A stretch of 64,000 nucleotides of DNA from Malacoraja senta (lineage: Eukaryota). The stretch lies in assembly GCA_038087875.1 (NCBI GenBank), contig JAXLNO010000364.1:186001-250000 (forward strand). The letters are read 5' to 3'. Position 1 is the stretch's first letter. The number at the start of each line of letters is the position of its first letter. The translations under genes and the position numbers were made by a program. The notes beneath the pieces are model-generated. The model did not search any database, had not been told where the DNA came from, and saw only the letters and a list, made by a program, of their open reading frames with translations. Below are positions 60,085 to 64,000 of the stretch, piece after piece.

Positions 60085-63000
60085 CCTTCAAGGTCGGCAG
60101 GTGAAGGGTCTAGTGCGGAGGATTGGCTGCAGAATTTAAAGCCTTGGTGAGTTTTCAAGAGCGAAGGTGGATGACTGTGAGAAAGAAGCGTAAATGTGGA
60201 GTGCAAGAGAACACGGTGGCTGTACCTAATGAGACGCGACCGATGAGACCGACGTTGGTCAGAGCCATAGTGGTGAGTGACTCCATTGTCCGAGGTGCGG
60301 ACAGGACATTCATTTGCGGCTGGCGAGACTCGGGGATGGTCTGTTGCATCCCTAGTGCATGATATCTCGGACCGACTTCAAAACATCCTTGAGAGGGAAT
60401 GTGAGGAGCCGGAAGTAGTTATGCATGTGGGCACAAACGAGGTCGGGGAGAAGAGGAAGGATGTTCTGCACCGTGAGTTTATAGAGTTAGTAAGAAGATA
60501 GAAAAGCATGACTTCTGGGATGGTTATCTCTGGATTGCTTCCAGTACATCGTGTTGGTGAGTACCGGAATAGGGAGATAGCGGATCTGAATGCGGGCTGA
60601 TGGGCTCGTGCAGCGAGCAGGGATTTAGATTCATAGACCACTGGGACCTATTCTGGGGCAGGGATTACCTCAACAAAAGGGACGGGTTACACCTTAACTG
60701 GGGCGGGACCGACATTCTGGCAGCCTGGTTTGCTGGTGCTACACCGGAGAGTTTAAAATAATTTGCAGGGAGGAAGTGTTAACAAATTGGAGATATAAGG
60801 ATGGAGTGAAAGGTGAAGAGAGTGCAGGAAAAGTTGCGAAAGACAACCGGATTAATGGGACGGAAATTTCAAGAAGGGATAGGAGAGTAAGGTCAGAGTA
60901 ACCGGTTTGGGAGAGGAGGTGAATACCGAATTAAAAGTGTTACCGCGAACTATATGAAATAAAGTGGATGAGCTTGAGGCAAAGTTAGAAATTGGTGAGT
61001 ATGATGTTGTGGGAATGACAGACACATGGCTGTAAGCGGATCAGAACTGGGAACTGAATATTCAGGGGTATACGTCCTATTGAAAAGAAAGCCAGATGGG
61101 CAGAGGTGATGCGGTGGCCCTCGTTGGTAAGGAATGAAATTCAGTCACTTGCGAGTGGAGACATAGAGTCAGAAGACGTAGAGCCATTGTGGATGGAACT
61201 GAGAAATTGAACGGTAGAAAGACCCTAGTCCGTGTTATCTACAGGCCCCCAAACAGTAGCCTGGAGATAGGGTGCAAGTTGCATCAGGAGTTAAAATTAA
61301 CATATAACAAAGTTAATGCTACCGTGTTTATGGGAGATTTCATCATGCAGGTGGACTAGGAAAATCACATAGGTACTGGACCCCAAGAAAGGGACTTTGT
61401 AGTGTGTTTCCGAGATGGATTCTAAGAGCAGCTTGTACTGGAGCCTACTAGGTAGCAGGGAAAAATGGATTTAATGTTATGTAATGAACCGGATTTGATA
61501 AGTGACCTCAAGGTAAAGGAACCATTAGGAGGTAGCGGCCATAATATGATAAGTTTTAATTTGCAATTTCAGATATCGGAATTTGAATTATCGGAAGTGT
61601 CAGTATTCCAGTTGAACAAAGAGGACTATTGGGGGAGGAGCTTGCCATAGTTCACTGGAAAGGGACCCAAGAAGGGATGACGCTGGACGCTATATCTGAG
61701 AATAATCCAGAAGATGCAGGATCATTTCATTGCAAAGAGGAAGAAAGATTCTAATGGGAGTAAGAGGCAACCGTGGCTGACAAGCGAAATCATGTGGTGG
61801 GAGATTGCAACCTTCACGTGGTCCACCGTGTTTCGACTAATGCAATCAACCCGACGTGCACAAACAAGATCAAATAGAACAAGTTGACTTACAACTTTAG
61901 GCTGTGCACGCCATACGCAAGAAGAAGAAGGGAAGTCAAGGACAGTATAAACATAATAGAGAAGACGTATAACTCAATTCTGATTTGAGAATCAAGGGAC
62001 AAACGTTTAGGGGCAACATGAGGGGGAATTTCTTTACTCAAAGAGTGGTAGCTGTGTGGAATGAGCTTCCAGTGGAAGTGGTGAAGGCAGGTTCGTTTTT
62101 CTCATTTTAAAATGAATTGGATAGGTATATGGACGGGAAAGGAATGGAGAGTTAAGGTCTGAGTGCAGATAGATGGGACTACGTGAGAGTAAGTGTTCGG
62201 CACGGACTAGAAGGGCCGAGATGGCCTGTTTCCGTGCTGTAATTGTTATATGGTTATATGGTTATAACATAGCAAATATGAGCGGGAAGCCAGAGGATTG
62301 GGAAACCTTTTAAAGAGCAACAGAAACTAACTAAAAAGCTTCCTTCCCTAGATGAAGAAGAAAAAAAAGTTAAGACAAATGTGGATCCCTTGAAGACAGA
62401 AACAGGTGGATTTATTATGGGGAACAAGGAAAAGGGAAACGAGTTGAACAGGTACTTTGGTTCTGTCTTCACTTCGGAAGTCAGAAACAACTTCCCATAT
62501 GTACTAGGGGACAGAGGAGCTGGGTCATGGAGGCACTGAAGGAAATTCACTTTAGACAGGAAATGGTGTCGCATTCACTGATGGGACTGAAGGCTCATAC
62601 ATTCCCAGGGTCTGATGGTCTGCATTCCAGGGTACTCAAGGAGATGGCTCTAGGAATCGTGGACGCCTTGGTGATAATGTTCCAATGTTCTATAGATTAT
62701 GAATCAGTTCTTGTGAAATGGAGGGTAGCTAATGTTATGACACTTTTCAAGAAAGGAGGGAGAGAGAAAGCAGGGCATTATAGACCAGTTAGTCTGACAT
62801 CTGTGGTGGGGGAGATGCTGGTGCCGTTTATTGGAGACGTAATAGTGGCGCATTTGGGTAGCAGTACCAGGATCGGTCCAAGTCAGCATGGATTTACGAA
62901 GGGGAAATCATACTTGACAAATCTTCACAATTTTTTTGGAGGACGTAACAAGTAAAATGGACAAGGGAGAGCCAGTGGATGTAGGGATTAACGGGTCCCT

Positions 63001-64000
63001 TCCAGAATGACAGGCCGTGACCAGTGGGGTAACGCAAGGCTCGGAGTTAGGACCGCAGCTATTTACAATGTATATTAATGATTTAGATGAAGGGATTACA
63101 AGTAACATTTGCAAATTTGCAGATGCCACAAATCTGGGTGGCAGTGTGAACTGTGAGGAGGATGCTATGAGAATGCAGGGCGACTTGGACAGGTTGGGTG
63201 AGTGGGCAGATGCACAGCAGATGCAGTTTATTGTATATAAATGTGATGTTATCCACTTTGGTAGGAAAACCGAGAAGGCAGATTATTATCTAACTGATGT
63301 CAAGTTGGGAAAGGGGGAAGTACAACGGGATATCGGGGTCCTTGTTCATCAGTCAATGAAAGTAAGCATGCCATGCAGGTACAGCAGGCAGTGAAGAAAG
63401 CGAATGGCATGTTGGCATTGATAACAAGATATTTGAGTACAGGAGCAAAGTGGTCCTTCTACAGTTGTACAGGGCCCTGGTGAGACCACACCTTTGTATT
63501 GTGTGCAGTTTTGGTATCCTAATTTGAGGAAGGATATTCTTGCTTTTGAGGGAGAAAGCATACGTTCACGACGTTAATACCCGGGATGGCGGGACTGTCA
63601 TCTGATGAAAGAATGGATCGATTGGCTTGTATTCACTGGAATTTAGAAGATGAGAGGGGATCTTATAGAAAAATACAACATATTTAAGAGATTGGACACG
63701 TTAGATGCAGGAAACATGTTTCCGATGTCAGGCGACTTCAAAACCAGGGGCCACAGTTTAAGATTAAGGGGTAGGCCATTTAGGACTGAGATGAGAAAAA
63801 ATATTTTTCACAGAGAGTTGTGAATTTGTGGAATTCTCTGCCTCTGAAGGCAGTGGAGGCCGATTCACTGGATGCATTCAACAGAGAGTTAGATAGAGCT
63901 CTTAGGGCTAGCGGAATCAAGGGGTATCGGGAGAAGGCAGGAAAAGGGTAATGATTGTGGATGATCAGCCATGATTACATTGAATGGCGGAGTAGGCTCA
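60085..64000 (+). mobile_element. Decayed CR1 LINE, unit 4/5 copy, running off the window end
   Basis: Collinear with the other unit copies; a deletion near 60162 removes the ORF1 zinc finger; 3' UTR begins near 63950. Confidence 0.88.

Overview
Repeat-rich eukaryotic DNA, most likely from a cartilaginous fish such as a skate or ray (inferred from HE1/V-SINE-like, CR1 and Penelope-type repeats). The window is a head-to-tail tandem array of a ~13.5 kb unit: just over four units are visible, and the array probably continues past both ends. Each unit carries one minus-strand, five-exon, divergent alpha-tubulin gene plus a shared set of decayed CR1 LINEs and SINEs. Copy 1 (4233-7084) is a pseudogene with a nonsense codon and two frameshifts. 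Copies 2 (17752-20723) and 3 (31338-34364) are intact 450-aa ORFs. Copy 4 (54464-57293) is open but has many radical substitutions and a mutated TATA box. All copies lack the C-terminal Tyr, three carry K40S, and all share a promoter with X-box (RFX)-like, forkhead, SOX, NR5A and CRE-like motifs; a ciliary/sperm-flagellar isotype under birth-and-death evolution is the inferred reading. Unit-specific insertions are a 9.5 kb Gmr1-type LTR retrotransposon (PR-IN-RT-RH order) interrupted by a young CR1 with intact ORF2, two further CR1 fragments, and two related GC-rich non-coding retroelements with a shared core but different LINE-type tails. All alignments, counts and family assignments were made by eye or from recall, with no database search.
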